DNA of 64,000 nucleotides, from assembly GCA_963769935.1 (NCBI GenBank), contig CAVYNY010000013.1, positions 192,001 to 256,000 on the forward strand, written 5' to 3'. Below the pieces are notes generated by a model that saw only the letters and a list, made by a program, of their open reading frames with translations, was not told where the DNA came from and searched no databases. This DNA comes from an uncultured delta proteobacterium. GTDB lineage: Bacteria; Desulfobacterota; Desulfobacteria; Desulfobacterales; JAFDCJ01. The position numbers and the translations under genes are program-made. The first letter of the stretch is position 1. Each line of letters starts with the position of its first letter. Below, one piece after another: positions 48,699 through 59,408 of the stretch.

Positions 48699-48742
48699 AT
48701 CTGCTTTGCCTCTTTTCGATGTCGCCGCCCGGATTTGGCTGA

Positions 48743-49177
48743 CTAGAAACCGCGCTTGGAAAGCACTTCTTTCACCCTGGCTTCCCTGATCTTTTCTTCG
48801 TGACTGCGTTTTTTTTGCGTGGCCTCTTTGACGATGTCCATCAACCGATCCATGTTACAGGGTTTCATCAGATAATCAAAAGCGCCGAGCTTCATTCCCT
48901 CAATCGCCGATTCTACGGTGGCATGAGCGGTCAGCATGATCACTTCGGCCAAAGGATAGCCGGCCTTGATTTTTTGAAGGGTTTCAAGTCCGTCCATTCC
49001 CGGCATCTTTACATCCAGGATGACGACATCGATATTGGGCTTTTGATTTAAAGTATCCAGAGCGGCCTGGCCGCTGAGTGCGGTTTTAACATCCAGATTT
49101 CTTTTTGCCAGACGCTTTGCCATGGTTTCGACAAAAGGGGCTTCATCGTCGACTAGCATTACCTGCGGGGTAATCAT
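48743..49177 (-). CDS. Single-domain response regulator (start MITPQVM)
   Basis: LVDDE, LDVKMPGMDG, MKPC; AGGAG RBS. Confidence 0.93.
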   Translation of the reverse strand: MITPQVMLVDDEAPFVETMAKRLAKRNLDVKTALSGQAALDTLNQKPNIDVVILDVKMPGMDGLETLQKIKAGYPLAEVIMLTAHATVESAIEGMKLGAFDYLMKPCNMDRLMDIVKEATQKKRSHEEKIREARVKEVLSKRGF

Positions 49178-49244
49178 TGGCCTTCTCCTTCTTTCCGGTA
49201 ATTGAAAATTTGATGCTAAATCCAGCCGGATCAGAATGCTCTTG

Positions 49245-49260
49245 AGCAAACGTTGTGCCA
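49245..49260 (-). promoter_or_regulatory. Sigma54 -24/-12 promoter for the kinase/regulator/DASS operon
   Basis: Minus strand TGGCACAACGTTTGCT, a canonical TGGCAC-N5-TTGC. TGT-N11-ACA at 49357-49373 is a possible activator site. Confidence 0.85.
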
Positions 49261-49522
49261 GAATCGATGCCACCAGGTATGTATGCTATTTTACTGAACA
49301 ATTGGTATTCAAAGGGATCGGCGGGCTAAAAAGTTGATCGGCTGCGGGATCTAAGGTGTCAGTTTTTTTTACAGTTTGTTAAATAAAAAAGGGGGGCGGG
49401 GTCTTAGCAGACGGATCGGATCATGAGGTAGAGTTGGAAAATTTCCTGCTCAAATTAATATGATGCCGCACATCTGTCACCAGGGTTTGGAACATTGCAT
49501 ATTGGAGTTTGGGATTTATGTG

Positions 49523-49619
49523 CCCTGTTAAATCGGGTTGAAAGGAATTGCGAAGTAAATGGACACCGTAATCTTCCTTCCGAAGACGGTTGCGTCATTT
49601 AGCAAATTATTTAACAGGG
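49523..49619. mobile_element. Small MITE-like element with 11-bp terminal inverted repeats
   Basis: CCCTGTTAAAT ... ATTTAACAGGG. Confidence 0.55.
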
Positions 49620-50092
49620 TATATAATCGGGTGCTTGAAATTCGGGATTTTATTGTTTTGCACCCCCCCTGATGCAACTGCATTAGAATTTTATCTGAGT
49701 TATCTCAGGGAGTGGATGCGCCGTTCTGGTATGGACATTGCAATTAACAAAGACGCGGCGGATCGATAAGCAGGGTCAATCGGGTTAAGCCTTTCAATCC
49801 CTGGCCCGGATGGGCTTGAACCGTGAACCCTGCCTGTGGGGCCGACTTGTCCCGTCGCAACTCGACCTGTTGGGTCGTAGCTGAAAGCAAAGTCCAAAGG
49901 GGGAAGTCGGAAGCCCGGCGGGCGAAGCCCCAAACCTTGACCCGGTAAGATTCGATTAAATATTTGATAAGTTGCCGGGGTAATGGTATGAAGGGTGGTG
50001 AAATTCCATTTTGGCCGGACATCCTGATCTCATCCGATCCTCTCTATTCAATGCAGCGGCCCGCCGGTTCCAACCATCGGGGATGCCGATTG

Positions 50093-51784
50093 ATGCTTAA
50101 ACAAAAAGAAGAGAAATTACAGCGCCAGACCCTGCTCCTGAGCGTAGTTTGCAGTGTCAACCAGCTGCTCATCCGCGAAAAGGACTCCGACCGGCTGCTC
50201 CAAGGCATCTGCAACCAATTGGTTCGAAACCGGGGATACCACAATGCCTGGATCATCCTGCTGGATGAATCCGGCAAACCGGTTGTTCGGGCGGAAGCCG
50301 GCCTGGGCCGGGCCCTGATGCCGCTGCAGGAGCTGCTGCTCCACGGCGAGTTGCCGGGTTGCGTGCGCCAGGCGCTGCGCCAGCCCGGCACGGCAGTGAT
50401 CCGGTCCCCCTTATCCGACTGTAAAGACTGCCCGCTGAATCGCGAACATCCTGACAGAAATGGGATGACGGTCAGACTGGGGCACGCTGCCAGGCAATTC
50501 GGCACCCTGACGGTGTCGATTCCCCAAAAGCTGATCGAAGACGAACAGGAGCACTGCCTGCTGGAAGAGATGGCGGAAGATATCGGCTTTGCGTTGAACA
50601 GCATCGCTCTTGAAAAGGAAAAGAAAAAGACCGAGAGTGATCTGCAAACGACCGTCGAAAAACTTATCGAGCGGACCAAAGAGTTGAAGGAAAGCGAGAA
50701 GCGCTTTCGCGACCTGGTGGAAAATTCCCTCACGGGAATATCGATCATACAGGACAACCGCGTCATTTATCAAAACCAGGAGCAGGAAAGGCTCCTGGGC
50801 CCTTTACCCCGCACCAGCATTCTGGGTGATTTTGCGAATATCCATCCCGAGGATGGGCCAAAGGTAAAAAAGTTGATTCATAACATCAGCTGCGGCAAAA
50901 TTCGCAAACTGGACCTGGATTTCCGTCTTTTCCCGGTGGGCAAAGGGGGCCGCAAAGGGGCCATGAAGTGGGTCTACTGCCGCGCCGTGCGGATCGATTA
51001 CCGGGGCCGGGAATCCATCCTGGCGAACATGATCGAGATAACGAAGACCAAGGAGCTCGAACAGCTGTTGATCACCCAGGACAAGATGGCGTCTCTGGGG
51101 CGGGTGGCGGCAGGGATTGCCCACGAGATCAGAAATCCGCTCTCGGGCATCAATATTTATTTGAACACCCTGGGAAAAATCTACCGTAGGGAAGAGAATC
51201 GGGACAAGGTCGAACTCATCCTTGACCATCTGAAATCGGCTTCCGGCAAAATTGAATCCGTCATCCGGCGCGTCATGGATTTCTCCAAACCGGGCGAGCC
51301 GAAATTTTCTCTGATCGACATCAACCATCCCGTAACGGAAGCCGTCAAATTAACCGCGGTTACCCTGCGCAAAAGCGGCATTAAAATGGAAACCAATCTG
51401 GCCGCCGACCTGCCTGGCTGCCGGGCGGACCGGAATTTACTTGAAGAGATGGTGTTAAACCTGATCACCAATGCCGCCGAAGCCATGAAAACGGTCCGAT
51501 CGGAAAAGAAAATTGCGATAACCACCACCGCCGGGGATGGCAGTATTGTGCTGCAGGTTGACGATTCCGGCCCGGGGGTGCGGGAAGATATCAGGGATAA
51601 AATTTTTGACCCGTTTTTTACGACCAAAAATGACAGCACGGGCATCGGTTTGAGTCTCTGCCACCGGATTGTCAGCGATCATGGAGGGGTATTGACGGTT
51701 TCTGAAAGTGAGTTGGGCGGCGCTTCGTTTAGAATCGAGATCCCGGTGGAACATAGTAATAAAATCGTAGTCAAACAGACATAA
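50093..51784 (+). CDS. Cytoplasmic GAF-PAS histidine kinase (start probably MLKQKEE)
   Basis: GAF with CKDCPL, SEKRFRDLVENS PAS, AHEIRNP, DDSGPG, GIGLSL. Confidence 0.93.
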   Translation: MLKQKEEKLQRQTLLLSVVCSVNQLLIREKDSDRLLQGICNQLVRNRGYHNAWIILLDESGKPVVRAEAGLGRALMPLQELLLHGELPGCVRQALRQPGTAVIRSPLSDCKDCPLNREHPDRNGMTVRLGHAARQFGTLTVSIPQKLIEDEQEHCLLEEMAEDIGFALNSIALEKEKKKTESDLQTTVEKLIERTKELKESEKRFRDLVENSLTGISIIQDNRVIYQNQEQERLLGPLPRTSILGDFANIHPEDGPKVKKLIHNISCGKIRKLDLDFRLFPVGKGGRKGAMKWVYCRAVRIDYRGRESILANMIEITKTKELEQLLITQDKMASLGRVAAGIAHEIRNPLSGINIYLNTLGKIYRREENRDKVELILDHLKSASGKIESVIRRVMDFSKPGEPKFSLIDINHPVTEAVKLTAVTLRKSGIKMETNLAADLPGCRADRNLLEEMVLNLITNAAEAMKTVRSEKKIAITTTAGDGSIVLQVDDSGPGVREDIRDKIFDPFFTTKNDSTGIGLSLCHRIVSDHGGVLTVSESELGGASFRIEIPVEHSNKIVVKQT

Positions 51785-51927
51785 AAATAGTTCTTTCCAA
51801 CCCCCAAACTTTTACCAGTTTTAAAGTGGCATTGGGCGCAGGGCTCACGGCGCAGGGAAAAAGGATATCTTCAAAAATAAGCGACGATAGTGGTCAAAGT
51901 AAATGCCGGGCAGGTCCGGGACCGAGA

Positions 51928-53316
51928 ATGAACAAATTTTCAATCTACATCGTGGATGACGAACAAACTATTCGGGAAGGAATCGGCATGGCCATCGAGG
52001 ACAATTACCTGTCCATGTCCTTTTCCACCGCCGAAGCCGCTTTAATAGCCCTGGCTGAAAATCCTCCCGACCTGATTTTGCTGGATATCGGCTTGCCCGG
52101 AATGAGCGGCATCGAAGCCCTGCAAAAGATCAAAGCCCTGTATCCGGAGATACCGGTGGTGATGATCACAGCCTACGAGGACATCGCTACGGTCATCAGC
52201 GCCATGAAGTCCGGCGCCTATGACTATGTACTCAAGCCGCTTCACATGGATGCCCTGGCGATCGCTATCAGCAATGCGCTTGACACCGTCCGCTTGCGCA
52301 AAGAAGTACAAATGCTGCAGGAAAAGCAGCTGCTGGAGCACATTCCCTGCTTTATCGCCGCCAGCCATGCCATTCAAGACGTGATGGAATTTATAAAAAC
52401 AGTGGCTCAAAGCCCCGACACGCCGGTCCTCATCATGGGTGAAACCGGAACGGGCAAGGAGTTGCTGGCGGCGGCGATTCACTACTACAGTCCGAATTTC
52501 AAGGCGCCGCTGGCCACCGTCAACTGCGCCGCCATCCCCCGGGACCTGATCGAAAGTGAGCTTTTCGGCTACGAAAAGGGGGCTTTCAGCGGGGCCGATG
52601 CGGCCGGCAAAAAAGGTCTCATCGAGGAGGCGGCCGACGGAACCCTGTTTTTGGATGAAATCGGCGATCTGAGCTTTGAAGCTCAGGCCAAACTATTGCG
52701 GTTCCTCGAAAAGGGTGAATTTTACAGGGTCGGGGGGACTCGCAAAATTCACATTAAAACCCGCGTGGTTTCCGCCACCAATAAAAATATCGACCGGTTG
52801 ATTGATCTGGGGCAGTTTAGAAAGGACCTGTATTTCAGGCTGGGGGTTATTAGGGTTCAGGTTCCCTCCTTAAACGAACGTCCGGACGACATTTTGCCGC
52901 TGGCCAAGTATTTCCTGCAGGAATTCAGCAAAAAATTCAACAAAAAATTCAACCGTATTTCGACCGAGGCCCGGAATGCGTTGCTGGCCCACGACTGGAC
53001 CGGCAATGTGCGGGAGTTAAAAAATCTGATCGAAGCTGCCGTCCTAGTCGCCAAGGGTCCCGAACTGACGGCCAAGAGTTTGGGGTTGGCAGCCCAAACT
53101 CCGAGTATTAAATCGGCATCGGCCCAAGACGGGATGGCGCTGCCGCCGTTGCAACCGCAGGGAATCGATCTGACTGCAAAGCTGCGATCGATTGAAAAAT
53201 ACTATATGGAAGAAGCCCTCACAATTGCGGAAGGCAATGAAAGCAAAGCCGCTCTGCTGCTGAGTCTGAACCATCACACCTTCCGTTACCGCCGGAAAAA
53301 ATTATTCGACGAGTAA
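51928..53316 (+). CDS. Sigma54-dependent response regulator (start MNKFSIY)
   Basis: REC domain, GETGTGKE, GAFSGA, FLDEIGD, WTGNVRE, HTH. Confidence 0.95.
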   Translation: MNKFSIYIVDDEQTIREGIGMAIEDNYLSMSFSTAEAALIALAENPPDLILLDIGLPGMSGIEALQKIKALYPEIPVVMITAYEDIATVISAMKSGAYDYVLKPLHMDALAIAISNALDTVRLRKEVQMLQEKQLLEHIPCFIAASHAIQDVMEFIKTVAQSPDTPVLIMGETGTGKELLAAAIHYYSPNFKAPLATVNCAAIPRDLIESELFGYEKGAFSGADAAGKKGLIEEAADGTLFLDEIGDLSFEAQAKLLRFLEKGEFYRVGGTRKIHIKTRVVSATNKNIDRLIDLGQFRKDLYFRLGVIRVQVPSLNERPDDILPLAKYFLQEFSKKFNKKFNRISTEARNALLAHDWTGNVRELKNLIEAAVLVAKGPELTAKSLGLAAQTPSIKSASAQDGMALPPLQPQGIDLTAKLRSIEKYYMEEALTIAEGNESKAALLLSLNHHTFRYRRKKLFDE

Positions 53317-53592
53317 AGAATCCCGGTCCAGAAGGACAGGCATTGACTTCACCTGAGAGAGGTGGTCATTGCCGTCACATAACCCATGGTATTCACTTAC
53401 GGCAAAGCCTATTATCTGGGAACTGTCCCAGAGGACCCGGCTTTAGATGATGGGATAACAAGTTTAATTCGAAAATTTGCGAACACGGATTCGAAATTTT
53501 ACTAATTTTAAAAACCGCTTCCAAACGCCTGGCAAACCGCAATTAATTCTAATGGATTGAATTAATGAATTTTATTTGTGGGGACGTTCACC

Positions 53593-53608
53593 TGGCATAT
53601 AATATGCT
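53593..53608 (+). promoter_or_regulatory. Probable sigma54 promoter upstream of the Usp gene
   Basis: TGGCATATAATATGCT (GG-N10-GC) preceded by an AT-rich tract. Confidence 0.6.
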
Positions 53609-53863
53609 CTACTACCGGATGATCCGGCGTCGAATGGCACAAACCGGGGCACTAAATAGCCGATAGCTGCTTAAAATGTTGGGTTGATTTCAGGCGGTTG
53701 TGATGAAAACCATGGCAATATTGCTCGATCCTGGATACTGGCTTCCAGTCTTCGCTCTTTCAGAGCTTCGATCCGGCAAGCTGGATGCCGGATGTTCTTA
53801 AATCACACTCTCGATGCATTCCTGAATATCCAGCATCAAGTAGCCAGCATCCGGCATGGTCCC

Positions 53864-53910
53864 AGTAAAAGCGGCTGTCTATCTGTCCTAGTAAAAGCGG
53901 CTGTCTATCT
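53864..53910 (+). repeat. 21-bp tandem duplication (26-bp period)
   Basis: AGTAAAAGCGGCTGTCTATCT at 53864 and 53890. Confidence 0.85.
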
Positions 53911-53976
53911 TCTACTCCGGTTGAGGAGTTAAACTGAGTTTTGCAACGATAAAGATGACCCAAAAGGAGCCTCGCC

Positions 53977-54495
53977 ATGATACCGAAAATTAATAAAATT
54001 CTTTATGCAACCGATCTTTCTCCCAATTCATCCTTTGTTTTCCGTTATGCCATCAACTCAGCCATCAAACATGATGCGCGCATCGTAATTCTGCATGTTT
54101 TTGAACTATTCTCGACTGCGGCCCGCTCCCAGATCGAACTATATATTGATGAGGAGGTCAGAAGAAGAATTTTTCATGAAAGAGTAGGAGAGACGAAAGA
54201 TCGTATAAAAAAGCGCTTAGATGTATTTTGTGAAAAAGAACTGCAGGCGTATCCGGGATCGGCGGAGCGGGTAGTCGCCATTGAAGTGAGTGAAGGTTTT
54301 CCGGCGGAAAAAATTCTAACCAAGGCCGAAGAACATGCCTGCGATGTCATCATCATGGGAACCCACAGCAAGGGCATAATTGCCAACACCTTTTTAGGCA
54401 GCACGGCCAAAAGAGTTCTTCGCCGCACCCGAATACCTGTTTTCATTATCCCGCTGCCCAAGGGGGAGATTGATATTACCGTCCAGGATTTTTAG
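53977..54495 (+). CDS. Universal stress protein (UspA family)
   Basis: KILYATDLS, DVIIMGTHSKG, FLGSTAKRVLRRTRIPVFIIP. Confidence 0.95.
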   Translation: MIPKINKILYATDLSPNSSFVFRYAINSAIKHDARIVILHVFELFSTAARSQIELYIDEEVRRRIFHERVGETKDRIKKRLDVFCEKELQAYPGSAERVVAIEVSEGFPAEKILTKAEEHACDVIIMGTHSKGIIANTFLGSTAKRVLRRTRIPVFIIPLPKGEIDITVQDF

Positions 54496-54992
54496 ACCAA
54501 TTTGAGCCGGAATTGCAAGTTCACAATTTAGCCTTTTTACAGTCTTCTCAGTTCTTGTTTTCAGGATGCCGTGGCATCCTCACGGCGCCATATCACAAAA
54601 AAGCGACTGAACATTCCAAACGCCTCAGCCAGCGGGGATATACTTTAAAAAAACCACCGGGCTCGCTGTTCGACCTGTAATCCTTTAACCATCTATTAGT
54701 ACATATTTCCCATGCGGTTCGAAACTCATCCGACAAAACGTAAAGGTTTCAATCCATAGACCTATCCAACGCAGAAAAACAAATTTTGAAAAAGTTGGCA
54801 GGTGAATTGCAGATTATACATGACGACATAGATTATTGTGCATACATACACAGCATTCTTTCTATTTGGCCCGGTACGATAGGTTATAAACCAACTACAA
54901 AAAAGGCGGATACTGCATTAATTATGACGCTGGGTATAATTCGGGAACTACCCGAAGCAAAAAGGTCGAGGCATCTGTAAAAGGGGGAAATC

Positions 54993-56429
54993 ATGCGAAA
55001 CAGTTACAAAAAACCAATGCACCCATTTTTTATGCGGGCAGTTGTCACATTCCTGATTATCGGATGGGTGTTGGGGTGCCAACACACACCCGCCCTGGCA
55101 AAGGACAGCGGGCAAAAATTCCCAAGATCTTTCGCGGAGTTGGTCAAAAAGTCCAGCCCCTCGGTAGTCAATATCATTGCGCTTAAGATCATCCGCTCAC
55201 CCGGTCAAGGCGCCGCACCTTTGGGACCGGAAGATCCCATGCGGGATTTTTTTGAGCGGTTCTTCGGCCGGCAGCTGCCCCAGGAATATCGTCAGAATGA
55301 ACTTGGTACCGGTTTTGTCATCGATCGGGAGGGCTTTATTCTGACCAACAACCACGTGGTCGAACAAACCGAAGAACTGAAGGTGCGCTTCAGCGATGAA
55401 AAGCAATACAACGCGAAAATCATCGGCCGGGATCCCAAAACCGATTTGGCCCTTATCAAAATCGATGCGCAGGAGCCGCTCACTCCGTTGAGGCTGGGTG
55501 ACTCCGATAGCCTGCAAGTGGGGGACTGGGTGGTTGCCATCGGAAATCCATTCGGTCTGGGAAACACGGTAACGGCCGGCATCGTCAGTGCCAAGTATCG
55601 CCAGATCGGAGGCGGGCCCTATGATAATTTTATCCAGACCGATGCCCCCATCAATCCCGGCAACAGCGGTGGTCCCCTGCTGGACCTGGACGGCAAAGTG
55701 GTCGGTGTCAATTCGGCGATTTTCTCCCAAGACGGCGGCAATATCGGAATCGGATTTGCTATCCCGATCAACATGGCCAAGCAGCTGCTGCCCCAGCTCA
55801 GGGAAGGCAGGGTGCGGCGCTCCTGGCTGGGCGTCATGGTTCAGAACATAACACCGGAATTAAAGTCGAAACTCGGCCTGGGCACCGATCAAGGTGCACT
55901 CGTCTCGGATGTCTCAGCCGGCGGCCCGGCCGAAAAAGCCGGCATCAAAAGGGGCGATGTGATTCTAAAATTTGACGGCAAAGCTATCCGAAGTTCCCGT
56001 GACCTACCCTTTGTGGTGGCATCGACTCCCATCGGCAAGAAGGTTGCAGTGGAAGTCATGCGGGAAGGCCAACGAATGAATTTGCAGGTTACAACTGAAG
56101 AGCTTCAAGAAGAGACCGAAGAGGAACCAGCCGGCAAAACCTCTAGCCGCCTTGGCATAGAGGTGCAGGACATAACCCCCGAAATGGCCCAGAATTATGG
56201 TCTGTCCCAAACTTCCGGCGTCATTGTCGTTCGGGTTGAAGACGGCTCTCCGGCAGAAGAGGCTGGTCTGTTTGCCGGTGACATTATCGTCGAGCTCGAT
56301 AAAAAACCGGTCAAAGATATCGAGACCCTGGAAAATTTGCTGTCTGGAATAAATGAGGGACAAACCATTCTCTTCCTGATCGATCGCGGCGGTACGACGA
56401 TTTTTGTGACGCTTAACGTAGAAAAATAA
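54993..56429 (+). CDS. degP: Periplasmic serine protease DegP/DegQ (HtrA) with two PDZ domains
   Basis: TNNHVV, DLALIK, QTDAPINPGNSGGPL, two PDZ-like repeats. Confidence 0.95.
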   Translation: MRNSYKKPMHPFFMRAVVTFLIIGWVLGCQHTPALAKDSGQKFPRSFAELVKKSSPSVVNIIALKIIRSPGQGAAPLGPEDPMRDFFERFFGRQLPQEYRQNELGTGFVIDREGFILTNNHVVEQTEELKVRFSDEKQYNAKIIGRDPKTDLALIKIDAQEPLTPLRLGDSDSLQVGDWVVAIGNPFGLGNTVTAGIVSAKYRQIGGGPYDNFIQTDAPINPGNSGGPLLDLDGKVVGVNSAIFSQDGGNIGIGFAIPINMAKQLLPQLREGRVRRSWLGVMVQNITPELKSKLGLGTDQGALVSDVSAGGPAEKAGIKRGDVILKFDGKAIRSSRDLPFVVASTPIGKKVAVEVMREGQRMNLQVTTEELQEETEEEPAGKTSSRLGIEVQDITPEMAQNYGLSQTSGVIVVRVEDGSPAEEAGLFAGDIIVELDKKPVKDIETLENLLSGINEGQTILFLIDRGGTTIFVTLNVEK

Positions 56430-56568
56430 CAGATCTCTGCAGAGGGTTGCCAGCCGCACAATTCAGATTGCATGCCTGCGGCCGGGAATACAAAATATAA
56501 ACGACCAGCCGCAGGAATATGCGTAAAACCGGACATAAGTCGGAAAATATTTGTCTGAGCATTCAAGT

Positions 56569-58152
56569 ATGCCAAGCTACAGTACCCGTGACGGACACCG
56601 TCAGGCTTTAATTTTACTGTGTATTTTTCTATGCGGCTGTACGGTAGGACCGGATTTTGTGCACCCTAAGGCGCAGGTATCTCCAGAGTGGCTGGAAACA
56701 GGAGATAAACGGGTGATTACCGAGCCCGCCGCGTATCGCGATTGGTGGCGCGCATTTGACGATCCGCTCCTCGACCGGATCATCGCGCAGGCCTACCGGG
56801 AGAACCTGTCTCTCAGGATCGCCGGCCTACGGGTCCTGCAGGCCCGGGCGCTGCTCGGCATTGCGGCGGGTGAATTCTACCCTCAGGTCCAACAGGGTTT
56901 CGGTTCGCTTCAATACAACCGACCCAGTAAACGCTCGGCCGCCTCTACCGCCGGCATCACTCCGGGGTTCTGGCTATCGGAGATCGGTTTTTCGGCCAGC
57001 TGGGAGCTTGATTTCTGGGGGAAATTCAGGCGTACCATCGAGTCGGCCAATGCCGGATGGCTGGCCACGCTTGCCGACTATGACACCGTTCTGGTGAGTC
57101 TTACCGCCGATGTTGCCGATTCCTACGTCTTGATCAGGACCCTGGAAAAGCGGATCGAGATTGCCCGCCGCAACGTGGAGACTCAAACGGAGAGCCTTCA
57201 GATTGCCGAGGCCCGGTTTCAGTACGGTACGGTCTCGCAGCTGGATGTGGCCCAGGCCGAATCAGTGCTCAACAACACCCTGGCGTCTGTTCCGGTCCTG
57301 GAAGCCCAACTGCGACAGACTCAGAATGCCCTTTGCGTGCTGCTGGGTCTTGCGCCGAGTGATTTGGTGGAAGTCTTGAAAGCTCCTTCCAAAATACCGG
57401 TCTCCCCGCCCCAGGTTGTCGTGGGCATTCCGGCCGATCTGTTGCGCCGCAGACCGGATGTCCGGAGTGCCGAATACCGGGCGGCTGCCCAGTGCGCTTT
57501 GATAGGGGCCGCCAAGGCGGATCTCTATCCCGCTTTTTCCCTGACCGGGACTTTCGGATTTCTCTCCACGGATTTAGGAAAAAATAAGCTCAGCGACATG
57601 TTTCAGTGGCAAAGCCGTACGCTTCAAGGAGGACCTTCCCTGACATGGGACCTATTCAATTATGGCCGGATCACCAATAACGTTCGCGTCCAGGATGCCT
57701 TGTACCAGGAATTGATCATCACCTATCAGAATACCGTCCTAGCCGCCCAGCAGGAAGTGGAAGACAACCTGGCAGCGTTTCTAAAGGCCCAGGACCAGGC
57801 CGGGTTTTTGGCCAAAGCGGTCACGGCGGCCCAAAAATCCCTTGACCTGGCGGTCCTCCAGTATCAGGAAGGCGTCATTGATTTTACCACGGTCCTGGCT
57901 GCACAGCAGGCCCTTATAAATGAACAGGACAGCCTGGCAACGACTTTGGGCAACATCTCCAGCAGCCTGGTGGGAATCTACCGGGCGCTGGGCGGAGGCT
58001 GGGAGATCCGAGAAGGGAAAGCGCTGGTGCCCCCCGAGATCACGGAGGAGATGGCAAAACGGACCGACTGGGGAAGATTGCTGGCGCCGGCGTCCTATCA
58101 TCCGACAACTGCCGAAGAACCCCAATCAACCATCCGGCTTCCCGACTGGTAA
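56569..58152 (+). CDS. RND efflux outer-membrane lipoprotein (NodT/OprM family)
   Basis: Lipobox LCGC-TVGPDF, SWELDFWG, LLRRRPDV, YRALGGGW. Confidence 0.94.
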   Translation: MPSYSTRDGHRQALILLCIFLCGCTVGPDFVHPKAQVSPEWLETGDKRVITEPAAYRDWWRAFDDPLLDRIIAQAYRENLSLRIAGLRVLQARALLGIAAGEFYPQVQQGFGSLQYNRPSKRSAASTAGITPGFWLSEIGFSASWELDFWGKFRRTIESANAGWLATLADYDTVLVSLTADVADSYVLIRTLEKRIEIARRNVETQTESLQIAEARFQYGTVSQLDVAQAESVLNNTLASVPVLEAQLRQTQNALCVLLGLAPSDLVEVLKAPSKIPVSPPQVVVGIPADLLRRRPDVRSAEYRAAAQCALIGAAKADLYPAFSLTGTFGFLSTDLGKNKLSDMFQWQSRTLQGGPSLTWDLFNYGRITNNVRVQDALYQELIITYQNTVLAAQQEVEDNLAAFLKAQDQAGFLAKAVTAAQKSLDLAVLQYQEGVIDFTTVLAAQQALINEQDSLATTLGNISSSLVGIYRALGGGWEIREGKALVPPEITEEMAKRTDWGRLLAPASYHPTTAEEPQSTIRLPDW

Positions 58153-58205
58153 GTAAATACGGAACTATGATCAATACAAAGACAATTCGGCATAGAGATT
58201 GAGTC

Positions 58206-59408
58206 ATGACGGTTAATAAAAAATATTCCATTCCTGGAATTCAGGTCTTCTGGACAGGGTTCATCTGTTCGATCCTTCTTATTCTGGCGACGGGATGCAA
58301 AGAGAAGCCGCCGCCGCCACCGCCGCCGCCCAAAGTGACGGTTGCTCAGCCGGTGCAGCAGATGGCGACCGACTACCTGGAGTTGACCGGCAATACCGAC
58401 GCCATCTACACGGTCGAGCTGGTTGCCCGGGTTGCCGGATACCTGGAAAAGGTTTTCTTCCAGGACGGGCAAATTGTCAAAAAAGGACAGCTGCTCTTTC
58501 GCATCCAGCAGGACACCTACCAGGACCTGCTGCGACAGGCTGAGGGGCAAATTTCGCTGCAGAAAGCCCAGTTGGAGTATGCCCGGAAAGAACTGGTCCG
58601 GTACACCAATCTATTGCAGCAGAAGGGCGCTTCCCAGGAGATCGTGGACAACTGGCAATACCAGAGAGACTCGGCCCTGGCCAATTTGAAGGTGGCCGAG
58701 GCCGCGCGGAACCTGGCGCGGCTCAATCTGGCTTACACCGAGGTCAGCGCCCCTTTCGACGGCCGGATCGATCGAAGGCTGGTCGATCCGGGCAATCTGG
58801 TTGGGTCGACCGGAAATACCGTGCTGGCCCGGATGAACCAGATCGATCCCATCTACGTCTATTTCAACATCAGCGACGCGGACCTGGCGCGGCTGATGGG
58901 AGAAGCCCGCTGGATACCGGGGCAGGCGCCGGCCGAAATATGGCCCATGTATGTGGGCCTGCCGAATGAAAAAGAGTATCCCCATGAGGGCCGCCTGGAC
59001 TTTGCCTCCATCAGCCTGGCTCCCACCACCGGTACCTTGCTGCTGCGGGGAATCTTGCCGAACCCGGACGGCAGGATCTTGCCGGGGCTCTACGCCCGTG
59101 TGCATGTACGTGTCAAGGAAGGACCCGCGCTGCTCGTTTCTCCGGAGGCGATCGGATACGACCAGCGGGGGGCTTACGTGTTGGCCGTCAAGGAAGACAA
59201 TGTGGTCCAGCGGGTTAGCATTAGAACCGGCACTCTGGTCAACGACCTGCGGGTTGTTGAAGAAGGTCTGACGGCAAGGGATTGGATCGTTATCAAGGGC
59301 GTTCAAAAGGCCACCCCGGGAAGGCGGGTAACGCCGGAGAAGGCTGATTTACGGACATCACCCGCAGTCCCTGCTCACCCCCCTAGACCGGGGAAGGGAG
59401 GTCCATAA
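58206..59408 (+). CDS. RND efflux periplasmic adaptor (AcrA/MFP)
   Basis: ARVAGYL...GQIVKKGQLLF, TEVSAPFDGRI, PNPDGRILPG. Confidence 0.95.
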   Translation: MTVNKKYSIPGIQVFWTGFICSILLILATGCKEKPPPPPPPPKVTVAQPVQQMATDYLELTGNTDAIYTVELVARVAGYLEKVFFQDGQIVKKGQLLFRIQQDTYQDLLRQAEGQISLQKAQLEYARKELVRYTNLLQQKGASQEIVDNWQYQRDSALANLKVAEAARNLARLNLAYTEVSAPFDGRIDRRLVDPGNLVGSTGNTVLARMNQIDPIYVYFNISDADLARLMGEARWIPGQAPAEIWPMYVGLPNEKEYPHEGRLDFASISLAPTTGTLLLRGILPNPDGRILPGLYARVHVRVKEGPALLVSPEAIGYDQRGAYVLAVKEDNVVQRVSIRTGTLVNDLRVVEEGLTARDWIVIKGVQKATPGRRVTPEKADLRTSPAVPAHPPRPGKGGP

